Assembly: GCF_004010195.1 (NCBI RefSeq)
Contig: NC_057718.1
Coordinates: 1,502,881-1,566,880 of the forward strand
Source of the DNA: Chiloscyllium plagiosum
Taxonomy: Eukaryota
Reading direction: 5' to 3'
DNA: 64,000 nt
Made by a program: the position numbers and the translations under genes. The notes under the pieces were generated by a model, which was given only the letters and a program-made list of their open reading frames with translations, made no database searches and was not told the origin of the DNA. This document shows positions 51,840-62,942 of this stretch, piece after piece (position 1 is the stretch's first letter; each line of letters starts with the position of its first letter).

Positions 51840-53090
51840 ATATCCTTCTTTATTCTATCAAAATCTTTCATCATTTTGAAACATCTCAATAAGGTTACCT
51901 CTTAATTTTCGAAAGGAGAATAAGCCCAATTTCTCTAATCTTTCCTTGTATTTAAAATCCTTCATTCCTGGTATCATTCTAATAAGTCTCCTTTGAACTG
52001 TCTTCAGAGATTTAACATCCTTCCGTAACTAAGGTGCTGAGAACTTAACACCATGCTCCAAGTGTGGTCTGACCAATGATTTGTTGAAGTGTAGTATCAC
52101 TTCCTTGCTTTTATATTCTATGCCTCTATTTATAACCCCAAGGATTCTTTAAGCCTCCTTAACAATGGTTTCAACTTGCCTGGCCACCTTCAGAGAATCA
52201 GTCGTACACATGAACTCCAAGGTCCCTCTGCTCCTGTGCTCCCCTCAAAGTTGCATCATTGAGCCTGTATTGTCTGTCTATGTTTCTTCTATCTAAATGC
52301 ATTGCCTCACTTTCTCTGTATTTATGTTTGTTTGCAAGGTGTTCATTTGCTCAACTTGTCAGTGTCCTTCTGAAATCATTCAGCATCATCTTCACACTTC
52401 ACTATTCTCCCGAACTTAGTGTGATCTGTAAATTTAGAGATTTTGCTCTCAACACCCATCTCTAAATTGTGTATATAAATCAGAAAAGGCAGGGGTCCCT
52501 ATACTGATTCCTGGGCAACATTACATTCAATTTGTCTCCAATTGTCTATACCCACCCATATTTCCTACCTTTTAGTCAATTTCTCATCCATGCTGCTAAG
52601 GACCTATCAATCCCAAACATTTCTAATTTGCTAACCAATTTGCCATGCAGCACCATAACAAATGCTTTCTGAAAATCCAAATGTACAACATCCACATCGT
52701 TACCCTTTTCCACTGTCTAGTATCACCTGATCAAATAACTCAATTAAACTTTTCAGATGTGACCTGTCTTTGACAAAACCATGTTGACTGTCTAGTATTA
52801 ACTTATTTTAATCTAAGTATATATTTACCTTCTCCCATATTATTGCCTCCATCAGTTTTCCAATCATTGATGTTAAGATGTTTTGAGATTGATGTTTCTT
52901 ATCCCCTACCTTATCTTGCTTGAAAGTTTCATGACCAAGGATGTTGAGCTGACATCCTTGCCTCTCCTCAAGCCAAGTTTCCATTATGGAAATGATAGCA
53001 TGCTGCCATGTATTGATTGGTGCCTTCAGCTCATTCACGAGACTCCTTGCATTCACGTGTATATCTTTAAATATTGCCAATTTTCTGTGC
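51840..53090 (-). mobile_element. Old CR1 ORF2 fragments
   Basis: VNARSLVNEL...IISIMETWL endonuclease; DFQKAF RT motif. Confidence 0.75.
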
Positions 53091-53214
53091 TCCATGTTGT
53101 TTGACTTCTTTTGCTAATGGACAATTCTGCAAGTGCTGAAAAGACCAGGATAAGATGATAAAATGCCAAGATTTCAAATAATTTGCAAATGGTTTGTCCA
53201 TGAATCATGAGGCG

Positions 53215-54256
53215 AAAGTGAGGACTTCAGATGCTGGAGATCAGAGTCAAGATTAGAGTGGTGCTGGAAAAACACAGCAGGTCAGGCAGCATCCAAGGAG
53301 CAGGAAAATCGACATTTCAGGCAGGAGCCCTTCATCAGGAATGAGACTGGGAGCCTCCGGGGTGGAGAGATAAATCGGAGGGGGCTGAGGCTGTGGAGAA
53401 GGTACCTAAGAGTGCAGTAGGTGGATGAAGGTGATAGGTCAGAGAGGAGGGTGGAGCAGATAGGTGGAAAGGAAGATGGACAGGCGAGACAGGTCATGAG
53501 GATGGTGCTGAGCTGGCAGATTGGAACTGGGGGGAGGGGAAATGAGGAAATTGGTGAAGTCCACATTGATGCTTTGGGGTTGAAGTGTGCGGAGACAGAA
53601 GATGAGGCATTCTTCCTCCAGGCGTCAGGTGGTGAGGGAGAGGTGATGGAGGAGGCTCAGGACCTGCATGTCCTTGACAGAATGGGAGGGGAGTTGAAAT
53701 GTTCGACCATGGGGCGGTGGGGTTGATTGGTGCAGGTGTCCCAGAGATGTTCCCTAAAGCGGTCTGCGAGAAGGCGTCCAGTCTCCACAATGTAAAGGGA
53801 GCAACTGATACAATAAATGACATTTGGTGCAGGTGAAACTTTGATGGATGTCAAAGACTCCTTTGGGGCCTTGGATGGAGGTGAGTGGGGGAGGTTGGGT
53901 GCAGGTTTTGCAATTCCTGGAGGGGAAGGTGCCAGGATAGGAGGGTGGGTTTTTGGGGGGCGTGGACCTGACCAGATAATCACGGAGGGAACCGTCTTTG
54001 TGGAAAGTGGATAGGGGTGGGGAGGGAAATATATCCCTGGTGGTGGGGTCTGTAGGTAGCGGAAATGTCGGCAGATGATGCAGTTTATGCAGAGGTTGGT
54101 GGGGTAGAAGGTGAGGACCAGGGAGTTCTGTCCTTGTTGCGGTGGAAGGGTTGGGATTTGAGAGTGGAGGTACGGGATGTGGATGAGATGCGTTGGAAGA
54201 TATCTTCAACCATGTGGGAGGAGAAATTACAGTCTTTAAAGAAGGAAGCCATCTGA
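53215..54256 (-). mobile_element. PLE (family A) 3' 1 kb: RT end, GIY-YIG endonuclease, terminus with hammerhead core and tail
   Basis: SLRDYLVRST, GTFPSRNCKTC, NVIYCISCSLYIVETGRLLADRFREHL; sense-strand CTGATGAAGGGCTCCTGCCTGAAA near 53310-53340. Confidence 0.9.
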
Positions 54257-54497
54257 GGTAGAGTGACCATTCATAGGCATACCTCACTCCTGTCTTTCTA
54301 GTCATGTTGAATCAGAGCCACCCTTTTCCTTCTCTAACATTAATGCTGCTTTTAAAACCATGGTGCTAACATGATGAACAAAGTCTAATGCTTGTGACAG
54401 AACAGCAATCCTTGTCTGTGCACACATCTATGCCATGAGTTCTCAAACTGACACACTTTGGCAGATTGTTGGTGTCAGACATCTATTTTGCCTCAGC

Positions 54498-54738
54498 AGG
54501 TTTTGGGCAGATTTGTAGCTCAGGTTGAGGTTTTGGATGTAGGTTTGCTCGCTGAGCTGCAAGGTTTATTTACAGACGTTTCGTTACCCTACTATGTAAC
54601 ATTTTCAGTGGGTCTCAGACGAAACAATGCTGAAAATTCCTGCTTTCTACTTATATGTTTGGGTTTCTTGGGTCAGTGATGTCATTTCCTGTGGTGATGT
54701 TATTTCTTGTGGTGAAGTCAATTCCTGTTCCTTTTCTC
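54498..54738 (-). mobile_element. PLE terminus (family C)
   Basis: Minus strand CTGAAAATGTTACATAGTAGGGTAACGAAACGTC; CTGAGCTACAAATC tail. Confidence 0.7.
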
Positions 54739-54879
54739 TAAAGACTCTAATCCTCTAACGCTGTGCTAGATCCTTGCTTCCTCCACCTTACATAAGCTGC
54801 CTTCTTCCTTTTGACAAGAAGCTTCTCTGTTCTCGTCATCCAAGGCAGCAGTGCTAACCATTGAGCCACTATGCCATTT

Positions 54880-55300
54880 CACTGGAATTCTGATGAATGG
54901 AGGGGGATCTAATGGAAACTTATAAAATTCTAATGGGACAAGACAGGGTAGATGCAGGGACGATGTTCCTGATGGTAGGTGTGTGCAAAACCAGGGTTCA
55001 CCGTCTGAGGATTCAGGGTGGGCCATTTAGGACAGAGATGTGGCAACATTTCTTCACCCAAAGAGTGGTGAGTCTGTGGGATTCATTACCACAGGAAGTA
55101 GTTGATTTCAAAACATTGAATGTATTCAAGAAGCAGCTAGGTATAGAACCTGGGACAAATGGGATCCAGGATTAAGGGGAGAAAGCGGGATTAGGGTATT
55201 GAGTTGGACGATCAACCATGATGGTGAGGAATAGCAAAGCAGTTTCGAAGTGCAGAATGGTTTCTTCCTGCGTCTACGTTCTTTGCTTATGTATCTGTGT
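54880..55300 (+). mobile_element. CR1 3' fragment
   Basis: GDLMETYKIL, FFTQRVVSLWDSLP. Confidence 0.8.
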
Positions 55301-55768
55301 TTCTATATGTCTATGTTTTCAGATGAATATTAAATTCCATTTTGAATGCCTCGATTGATCCTGGCTTTATCACACTCTCAAACAATGCATGCCAAAACTG
55401 AATCACTGAAGAAAAGTTTGCTTTGTATGCTACTGAAGTTATTACCAATTTCCTTGCATTTGTGTTCTCTATTAGTGAGCCTTCTACCAATGGGAATACA
55501 GGGTATTCGGTTTATTGTTTTGAACTGGTCTGTCAAATTTCTTTTCATCGTTTTCTTACTTGATGAAAAAGGGAAGATTTTTCCAAATCATCGTTTTAAA
55601 TAATAACACTTCACCCTGATCAATGCGGATTTCCCCAGATCGAAATAGGATTCTCTGCATGATCGTACTATGAGTGGTTTGATTTAGTACACTGTGAAAG
55701 ATGGATGGTCTCATGGTGTGAGGGTATCGGAATTGCACATCGGTGATCTTTACTCTCCAAGATTCCAG

Positions 55769-55811
55769 TTTAAAAATGTGTTGCTGGAAAAGCGCAGCAG
55801 GTCAGGCAGCA
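55769..55811 (-). mobile_element. 43-bp PLE terminus fragment with 15-bp TSD
   Basis: TCTCCAAGATTCCAG at 55754-55768 and 55812-55826; insert matches family A GCTGGAAAAGC.CAGCAGGTCAGGCAGCA. Confidence 0.85.
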
Positions 55812-55829
55812 TCTCCAAGATTCCAGCCT

Positions 55830-56399
55830 TGCAGCTAAATGCGTCATCACCACTGTCTGATGTCAACCAATGAGCTCGTGAGTTGGCTGCCCAATGGGAT
55901 TTAGCAATGCAAAGCTTTGGTGATCAGTGATAGGACCTGCCGACGCTAACAATGGAGTTTGGCGTGTGAGCTGAGGCCCTCAATGTCATTATGAGTAAAC
56001 AATGCTGCGGGGGTGTCATAAGCGAGCTGTGGCCAGAGGCAGAAGGGCTGGGTCAAGGGATCGGGTGGAGTCAACAACACCGGCAAGACCTCAACACTCT
56101 TCAGCACGCTGGATAGCGACAGCTCTCCTCAAAACCTGAGCAGCCCAGACATACAATCGTGGTGAAACAGACCTGAATGGGTGCGCTCGTTATTTCACTC
56201 CTAAAATTGTGACAAAATTCTAACTCAGTTGAAGTGAATCCTTTGCTTTGACCTCGGGAGCAGTAGGAAGTCCCTGAAGAATCATGCGGTTTGGGAATTT
56301 GTCAGCGTTTGAATACTAATACAGCGGGAGTTTCAGCCTCTCGCTCCCCACATGTTTTCAGACAATCTGTAGCTCGGCGGGGACACTCAGAACCTAAAC
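55830..56399 (+). promoter_or_regulatory. Putative promoter/5' UTR of ADCY8-like gene
   Basis: No recognisable repeats, relatively CpG-retaining; TGCGTCA 55840, TGATGTCA 55858, CCAAT 55867 and 55891; short uORFs 56284-56319 and 56352-56372. Confidence 0.4.
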
Positions 56400-57221
56400 A
56401 TGGAAACGTTAGTGGAGTCGACCGAGTTTGAACCGAACATTCTCCAAATTTCTCATCCCAGTCCCACACAGTCCCGCCAGTGGCAAAACATCGTCAATGT
56501 CCTCAGTAAGAGGCAGGACCGGCTGACCGATATCGATGGCGTCCCAAAACGTAGGTTCACCATCAAGAATGAGTACATCGAGGACATTAACCAGCAGATC
56601 CAATCCAAGCTCACCGGCAGAGCCAGGAGCTCCATCTTCCCGACACTACAGCCGACAGCACCCGTCAGCGAGAGGCTATCTGACATCTTCGTGTCTCCTG
56701 GATATACCTACCGGGGAGTCTTACTGCCCACAATAAACCAAACATTCAAATCCAAAGAGTTGGAGAAGCTGTACCAGCGCTACTTCGCCCGGCAGAGACG
56801 TATCTCTCTTATGATGATGAACATCATAGACTGTTTCACCAAGTTTAACATTATGATGGTGTTTTTCTTTGCGACACCTGAACTGATTCAGCCCATACTG
56901 AGTGGGGTGACTGGCCTATTCATTCTGTTTTCTTCCATCTTGTGTTTTCTGGTGCAAGCCGGCAAAGATGCCGTATCGCACAACTACTTGCAATATCTCG
57001 GACTTGCTACATGGTTCTACCAGTCTGCACAGGCTCTCCTGAGCTGGGGCATGGGCTTGGAAGCCAATGAGACCTGGTTCATTCTATTCATTGTATTCGG
57101 CACTTATACTATGCTGCCTATTCCGCTACTCTGGGGTATCCTTGCTGGCTCCGTCACCTCCATAGTTCACTTGCTAATTGAAGGATTTCGGTATTCCAGA
57201 GGGGCCATTCTTCTTCATCAG
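56400..57221 (+). CDS. First coding exon of ADCY8-like adenylate cyclase (N-terminus plus most of first TM cluster), 274 codons
   Basis: AAACATGG start with in-frame upstream stop; GYTYRGVLLPTINQTFKSKELEKLYQRYF, KDAVSHNYLQYLG, FGTYTMLPIPLLWGILAG match ADCY8 motifs; phase-0 donor CAG|gtac at the ADCY8 exon-1 position. Confidence 0.92.
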
Positions 57222-57624
57222 GTACTTCTCAATTGCTATCTTTTTTTTCCCAATTCTCCTGAACTGCAGGTTAGCTTACAATTATACGTTTATATTAATT
57301 AAAGAGCTATTTTAATCAGGAATATCAGCAGGGTGGGACCTAGCGTGTTTTCCTCTACCAAATCTCTTCACAACTTCTTTTGATCCAAGGAAAAATGTTC
57401 ACATCCTTTTGAATATACTTTTTAATTAATATACCTCTGCCCTGAACTGTTTGGTAGGTCTTCACTGCAGCCTATCAATGCTCTTCCTCCTTCAGAACTG
57501 GATGTAATAGTCTGGTTAGTGAATAACCAAAGTTTTATCAAGATTCAGTATACATTCGCTGCTTTTGCATTCAGTGATTCCATTTAAGCCCAAGCTCCGG
57601 AAAGTTTGCTAACTACAAACTGCA

Positions 57625-57867
57625 TAGGGGCAACCTTTTCATGCAGAGGGTGGTACATATATGGAATGAGCTGCCAGAGGATGTGGTGGAGGCTGGTACA
57701 ATTGCAACATTTAAGAGGCATTTGGATGGGTATGTGAATAGGAAGGGTTTGGAGGGACATGGGCCGGGTGCTGGCAGGTGGGACTAGATTGGGCTGGGGT
57801 ATCTGGTCGGCATGGACGGGTTGGACTGAAGGGTCTGTTTCCATGCTGTACATCTCTATGACTCTAT
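57625..57867 (+). mobile_element. Young CR1 3' end
   Basis: Close match to 17547-17745. Confidence 0.9.
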
Positions 57868-58239
57868 ATCTTCCCATTCATAGACTCTACACTGTTTGCT
57901 GTTCCCCAAATTTGTAATGAACTGCTTTCAGTAATGGTGATCATGAAACTATCATCAGTGGTTCTAAAATCCATCTGGTTTACCAAAGTCCCTTAAAAAA
58001 AGAAATCCAATATCCTTACTTGGTCTGGCTTCCATTTTTCTTCATACCAACAGCAATGCCCTCTTAATTGCTCTTAGAAATCACCTAGCAAGCCACTGGT
58101 TGTATGTACAAAACTGCTACTGAAAAGTCAATAAGGAGTGTAACTAGACTAACCTGACATCAACCTAGGTAGTGGAAATGTCAATGGTTAACCCAGGCTT
58201 GTTGAACCAGAAAATTCTAATTCCTAATGGATCAAACAT

Positions 58240-58745
58240 TAATGAGTATTGTGTGCAATTCTAGTTGCCACATTATTGGAAGGATGCGGAGGCTTTGGAG
58301 AAGGTGCAAATGAGGTTTACAAGGATTTTGCCTGGATTAGAGTGAATCAGCTATAAGAAGAGGTTGGATTGTTTTGGCTAGAATGACGAAGGCTAATGGA
58401 AGTATGTAAAATTATTAAAGGCATTGAAAGGGTGGATAGTCAGTTTTTTCCTTAGGGTGTAAATATCAAATACTAGGTTGAAGATGAAAGGGGGGATGTT
58501 AAAAGGAGATGTGTGAGGCACAATTTTATATAGAGGGTGCCTGGAATGTGCGAGCCATGGGATGTGGTATAATTAGATAGGATAACATTTAGTCAGAAAA
58601 CACATGAACAGGCAGGGCATAGAGGGATATATGGACCATGTGCGAGCAGGTGGGATTAGTTTGTAATGGCATCATGGTCAGCACAGACATAGTGTGCTGA
58701 AGGGCCTGTTCCTGTGTTATACTGTTCCCTGCTCTGTGTTCTAAT
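58240..58745 (+). mobile_element. Old CR1 3' fragment nested in an L2/CR1-clade LINE (about 58090-59990)
   Basis: EYCVQF..PHYWKDAEALEKVQ; flanking endonuclease motifs QQPDVVILT and SIGRSDHDI. Confidence 0.65.
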
Positions 58746-58774
58746 GTCTTGTGGCTTGTGTGAAAATTTGGCAA

Positions 58775-58904
58775 GGCTGATGAAAGGCTTTTGCCCAAAA
58801 CGTCGATTTTCCTGCTCCTCGGATGCTGCCTGAACTGATGTGTTTTTCTAGCACCTCTAATCCAGAATGTGGTTTCCAGCATCTGCAATCATTGATTTTT
58901 ATCT
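58775..58904 (+). mobile_element. Monomeric PLE terminus (family A) starting at the hammerhead core
   Basis: 14-bp TSD TGAAAATTTGGCAA at 58761-58774 and 58905-58918; begins GG-CTGATGA. Confidence 0.85.
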
Positions 58905-59991
58905 TGAAAATTTGGCAAACCATTCCACAGATTCGTTAAGTAACAGCCTGACGTAGTCATACTCACCAAATCAATCATACTGTACAGATCACCTAGATTC
59001 ATTTATCACCTTTCAGGTCCTGTTCCATTGGGACAAAACTGTACATCTGAGAGGGAGTTGTCCATGGAGTCATCAATATTGACTCCAGATCTCATGCACT
59101 CTCACCGCTTCTGGTAACACATAAGCAATAAAACTTGCTGCTGGCTACCTACTATCTTCCCCTCAGCCGATGAAGCTATGACTGACAGAGCTCACCAATC
59201 CCAAAGAGTATAATTAGGAATGTTGCAGATGGTGAGGGAAACAATAAGAAGAAAAGCAGACTTGATCTGAAGCTCACAAACCTACCGACCACAGAAAGAA
59301 CAGTTCACAAAAGTATTGGTAGGAGTGACCACGACATAGAATTTGTAAATATGAAATTCCGCCTCACATTGAGCAGACCTTCCATCATTTCTTTGTCACG
59401 ACCATCATTCTAAACATATAGATTTAGGATAGCTCTACCAACTCATGACTGGGCAATAATGAAGCACTGTGGGATGTAATGGAATTGCATTGAACCACTC
59501 TCTGAAACCTTATGGCTGAGCATATCCCTCACTCTGCAATTTACCGCAGATTAATGAAGAGGGGCAGCATCAGGTGTACCTAAATACTAGGTGTTAAGCT
59601 GATTAACCTACAACACAGAGCATGCCAAACTACATTAGCAGCAAGTAATAGACAGAGCTAAGTGATTCCACCACCAACAGATAAGATCAAAGCTCTGCAG
59701 TCCTGCCACTTTGAGTCATGAATCATGATGTTCAATTAAACAAATCACTGGAGAAGGTGGTTTCATCCTCAACGATGGGTGAGCCTAGCACATCAGTGCA
59801 AAAGATAAGGTTGAAGCATTTCAAACAATCTTCAGCCAGGTGCACCGAGTGGATAGTCCATCATGACCTCCTCCTGAGATCCCCAGCATCTTTAAAGAAT
59901 TTGTTTCACTCAACATGATATCAAGATGGATGGAAGGCACTAGATACTACAAAGACACTGGGCCTTTGCAAAAGTCTGTCAGTGGTACTCC

Positions 59992-61140
59992 AGAAATGGA
60001 GGTGCCGTTGTTGGACTGGGGTGGACAGGTCATAAGTCACATGACACCAAGTTATAGACCAACAGGTTTATTTGAAATCACAAGATTTCGGAGCACTGCT
60101 CCTTTGTCAGGGGAAGTGAAGAAAAGCATACAGGCACAGGTTTTATAGGCAGAGAGATCAAAAAATCATACAAATGTTGTGAGTGGAGTGTCAACAGACT
60201 GAGTATTAATTCTCTGCAGGTGATCAAAAGTGTCAGACAGTGTGAGTAAAGTATCAACAGCTGAATAGCAAGTGAAGGAATGACCTAGAGTCCAATTCAC
60301 TGAGGCAGAGATAATTACAAAAAATTAAAAATAAGATGGTGCTGAGACAAACCAAACTGCTGGAATAATATGGTATTATAATATGGTAAATGATAGGTAT
60401 CGGAGTCACATGCCAAGGGTGTAATCAAAGTAACAAGTAATCCAAAACTGTACAAACTACTTAAGGTTGAGAGATCATCACACGCTATCAAAGTTATTAT
60501 GTCAAAATAAGACAGTAAGCAAGATTTTACAAATATAGAACAATATGATGGGGTTACATGTAGTGAAACATGAGCCCAAGATCACGGTTCAGGCCATCTT
60601 CATGGGTATGGAACTTGGCTATCAGTTTCTTCTCAGCGATTCTGCATTGTTGTGCATCTTGAAGGCACCTTGGAGGACACTTACCAAAGATCGGAAGCTG
60701 AATGTCCCTGACTGGGAAGGAACATTCTTTGTCCTGAGTAGACAACATTGGTGAGTCATATGATAACCTGCTTGTATGTGGTAGATAGTATTCTTCCCAC
60801 ATGTGTTCAAAGTATCCATGTTGATGAGCTGGCATATCTTGCAAAGGTTACCATGATAGGGTTGTGTGGTGTTGTGTTTGCTATTGTCCTGAAGGCTAGG
60901 TAGTTTGCTGCGAACAATGGTCTGTTTAAGATTTGGGGATTATTTGAAGGTGAGAAGTAGGGGCATAGGGATAATCTCAGCAAGATGTTTGCCATCAATA
61001 ATGACGTATTGAAGGCTGCAAAGAACATGGTGCAGTTTCTCTGCTCTAGGGACATATTGGAGGATGCAGGGTGGTACTCAGTCAGGTCTTGTATCTATCA
61101 ATTGAGGAGGGTGAGGACAGGTAGATGGTACAACTTGGTT
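59992..61140 (-). mobile_element. PLE (family B) GIY-YIG region and terminus
   Basis: CKICQLINMDT, RIAEKKLIAKFHTHEDGLNRDLG; minus strand CTGACAAAGGAGCAGTGCTCCGAAA. Confidence 0.8.
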
Positions 61141-61149
61141 GGTCAATGG

Positions 61150-61372
61150 GAGGAATTAATCAACCAGCTCGTACCCTCTACCTGTCTTAACCTATTCCCG
61201 CTTCCCCCCTCTGCCCCCACCACCCCCTTTATCTGCAGCTCCCACTACACCCATCCCCAGTCCCGAAACATTGACTTCTCCACCTCCTGATGCTGCCTGG
61301 CTTGTTGTGTTCTTCCAGTCTCCTGCCTGTCTGCTTTGGATTCCAGCATCTGCAGGGTTTTTTTGTTTCTTA
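61150..61372 (+). mobile_element. PLE-type 3' terminus, diverged
   Basis: CCCGAAACATTGAC...GATGCTGCCTG...TTCCAGCATCTGCAG tail. Confidence 0.6.
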
Positions 61373-61509
61373 AAATTAAGACAGCATTTGACCGAATGTG
61401 GTATCAAGGAGCCCTAAACTTGAATCAATGGAAGGCAGGACAAAACACTTCTAGGAGTCACATGTGATATCAAGGAAGATAGGTGTAGCTAGACTCTTAG
61501 AGTCAGCCT

Positions 61510-61731
61510 AGATTAGATTGGTGCTGGAAAAGCACAGCAGTTCAGGCAGCATTCGAGGAGCAGTAAAATCGACGTTTCAGGCAAAAGCCCTTCATCGGGT
61601 ATTCCTGATGAAAGGCTTTTGCCTGAAACGTCGATTTTACTGCTCCTTGGATGCTGCCTGAACTGCTGTGCTTTTCCAGCACCACTCTAATTTAGACTTT
61701 GGTTTCCAGCATCTGCAGTCCTTGTTTTTAC
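61510..61731. mobile_element. Palindromic PLE-terminus insertion (family A)
   Basis: 16-bp TSD CTCTTAGAGTCAGCCT; about 90-bp arms centred near 61600; CTGATGA 61605, GAAACGTC 61625. Confidence 0.9.
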
Positions 61732-62099
61732 CTCTTAGAGTCAGCCTTTACAGTATGGGAGGAGGCACTTCAGCTCATTGGACCAATGCCAGTCACCAAA
61801 TGTCCATCTCTCTGAGTCCCACTTTTCAGCACTTGACTTCTGGGCTTATAAATCTTTGGCCTGTGTAGTGTACATCTATAAAGTTTTTAAATGTCTTGAG
61901 CCTGCCTCTACTACCCTTTTAGGTGACAAAAGCTATAAGCAGTAAGTACTCCATCAATGGTCTAACTGACATAATTTACAGATCTATCATAACCTCTTTG
62001 ATCTTGCATTCAATACCTTGACCAATAAAGGCTGGTTTCTGGAGGTCAATCATCTCAATCCCAGCTATTTCAGCAGTAGTTCATCAAGGTGCCACATAG

Positions 62100-62580
62100 G
62101 ATGCTGCTAAGTAAGATGTTAGTGACGAGGTACTGGCATGGATAGAGGTTTGGCTGACTGGCAGAAGGCAGAGATTAGGGTTAAAGAGATCTTTTGCATG
62201 ATGTCAACTGTTGACTTGTGGACTACCACAGAGATCTGTATTGGGACCACAACTATTCATGTTATACATTAATAATCTGGACAAAGCAACTGAGGGCATT
62301 GTTGGAGGGGCCGATAAGTGGAGGGGTAGGGAGTATTGAGGAGGCAAGAAGGCTTCATAAGGATTTGGGCCGGTTGACAGTGTGGGCAAAAAAGTGACAA
62401 ATGGAATATAATGTAGGAAAGTGAGACGTTACACACTTTTGTAGGAAGAATAGAGGCATAGCCTATTTTTTTAAATGGAAAACATCTTCCAAAATCTGAA
62501 ACACAAAGGGACTTAAGAGTCAGGATTTTCTTAAGGTTACATGTAGGTTCCATTCACAGTTAGGAAGACAAATGTGATGT
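62100..62580 (+). mobile_element. Old CR1 RT fragment
   Basis: WIEVWLTGRRQ, GLPQRSVLGPQLF. Confidence 0.75.
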
Positions 62581-62656
62581 TTAGAACATAGAACATTATA
62601 ACATAGTACAGGCCCTTCGGCTGACCTGTGGAAAGGATCTGAAGCCCATCTAACCT

Positions 62657-62942
62657 GTTGTGGTTCTGTTCGCCGAGCTAGGAATTTGTGTTGCAGACGT
62701 TTCGCCCCCTGTCTAGGTGACATCCTCAGTGCTTGGGAGCCTCCTGTGAAGTGCTTCTGTGATGTTTCCTCCGGCATTTATAAATGCCGGAGGAAAGATC
62801 ACAGAAGCACTTCACAGGAGGCTCCCAAGCACTGAGGATGTCACCTAGACAGGGGACGAAACGTCTGCAACACAAATTCCCAGCTTGGCGAACAAAAGCA
62901 CAACAACGAGCACCTGAGCTACAAATCTTCGCACAAACGTTG
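62657..62942. mobile_element. Spacerless palindromic PLE-terminus insertion (family C)
   Basis: 124-bp arms meeting at 62780/62781 with 6 mismatches, 38-bp tail, 14-bp TSD AGCCCATCTAACCT. Confidence 0.92.
62829..62868 (+). ncRNA. Putative minimal type I hammerhead ribozyme (mirror copy on minus strand 62693-62732)
   Basis: GCA-CTGAGGA-t-GTCACC tagaca GGGGAC-GAAA-CGTC-TGC; stem I GCA/TGC, ACGT palindromic stem III. Confidence 0.7.

Noticed and set aside
56400..57221. Calling this exon ADCY3 from synteny, or ADCY8 outright
   Set aside because: Motifs are ADCY8-type, not ADCY3, but divergence and location argue against simple orthology, so no gene symbol was assigned.
57222..57302. ORF track extends the cyclase ORF to 300 aa
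   Set aside because: Similarity ends at the CAG|GT donor at 57221; the remainder is intron read-through.
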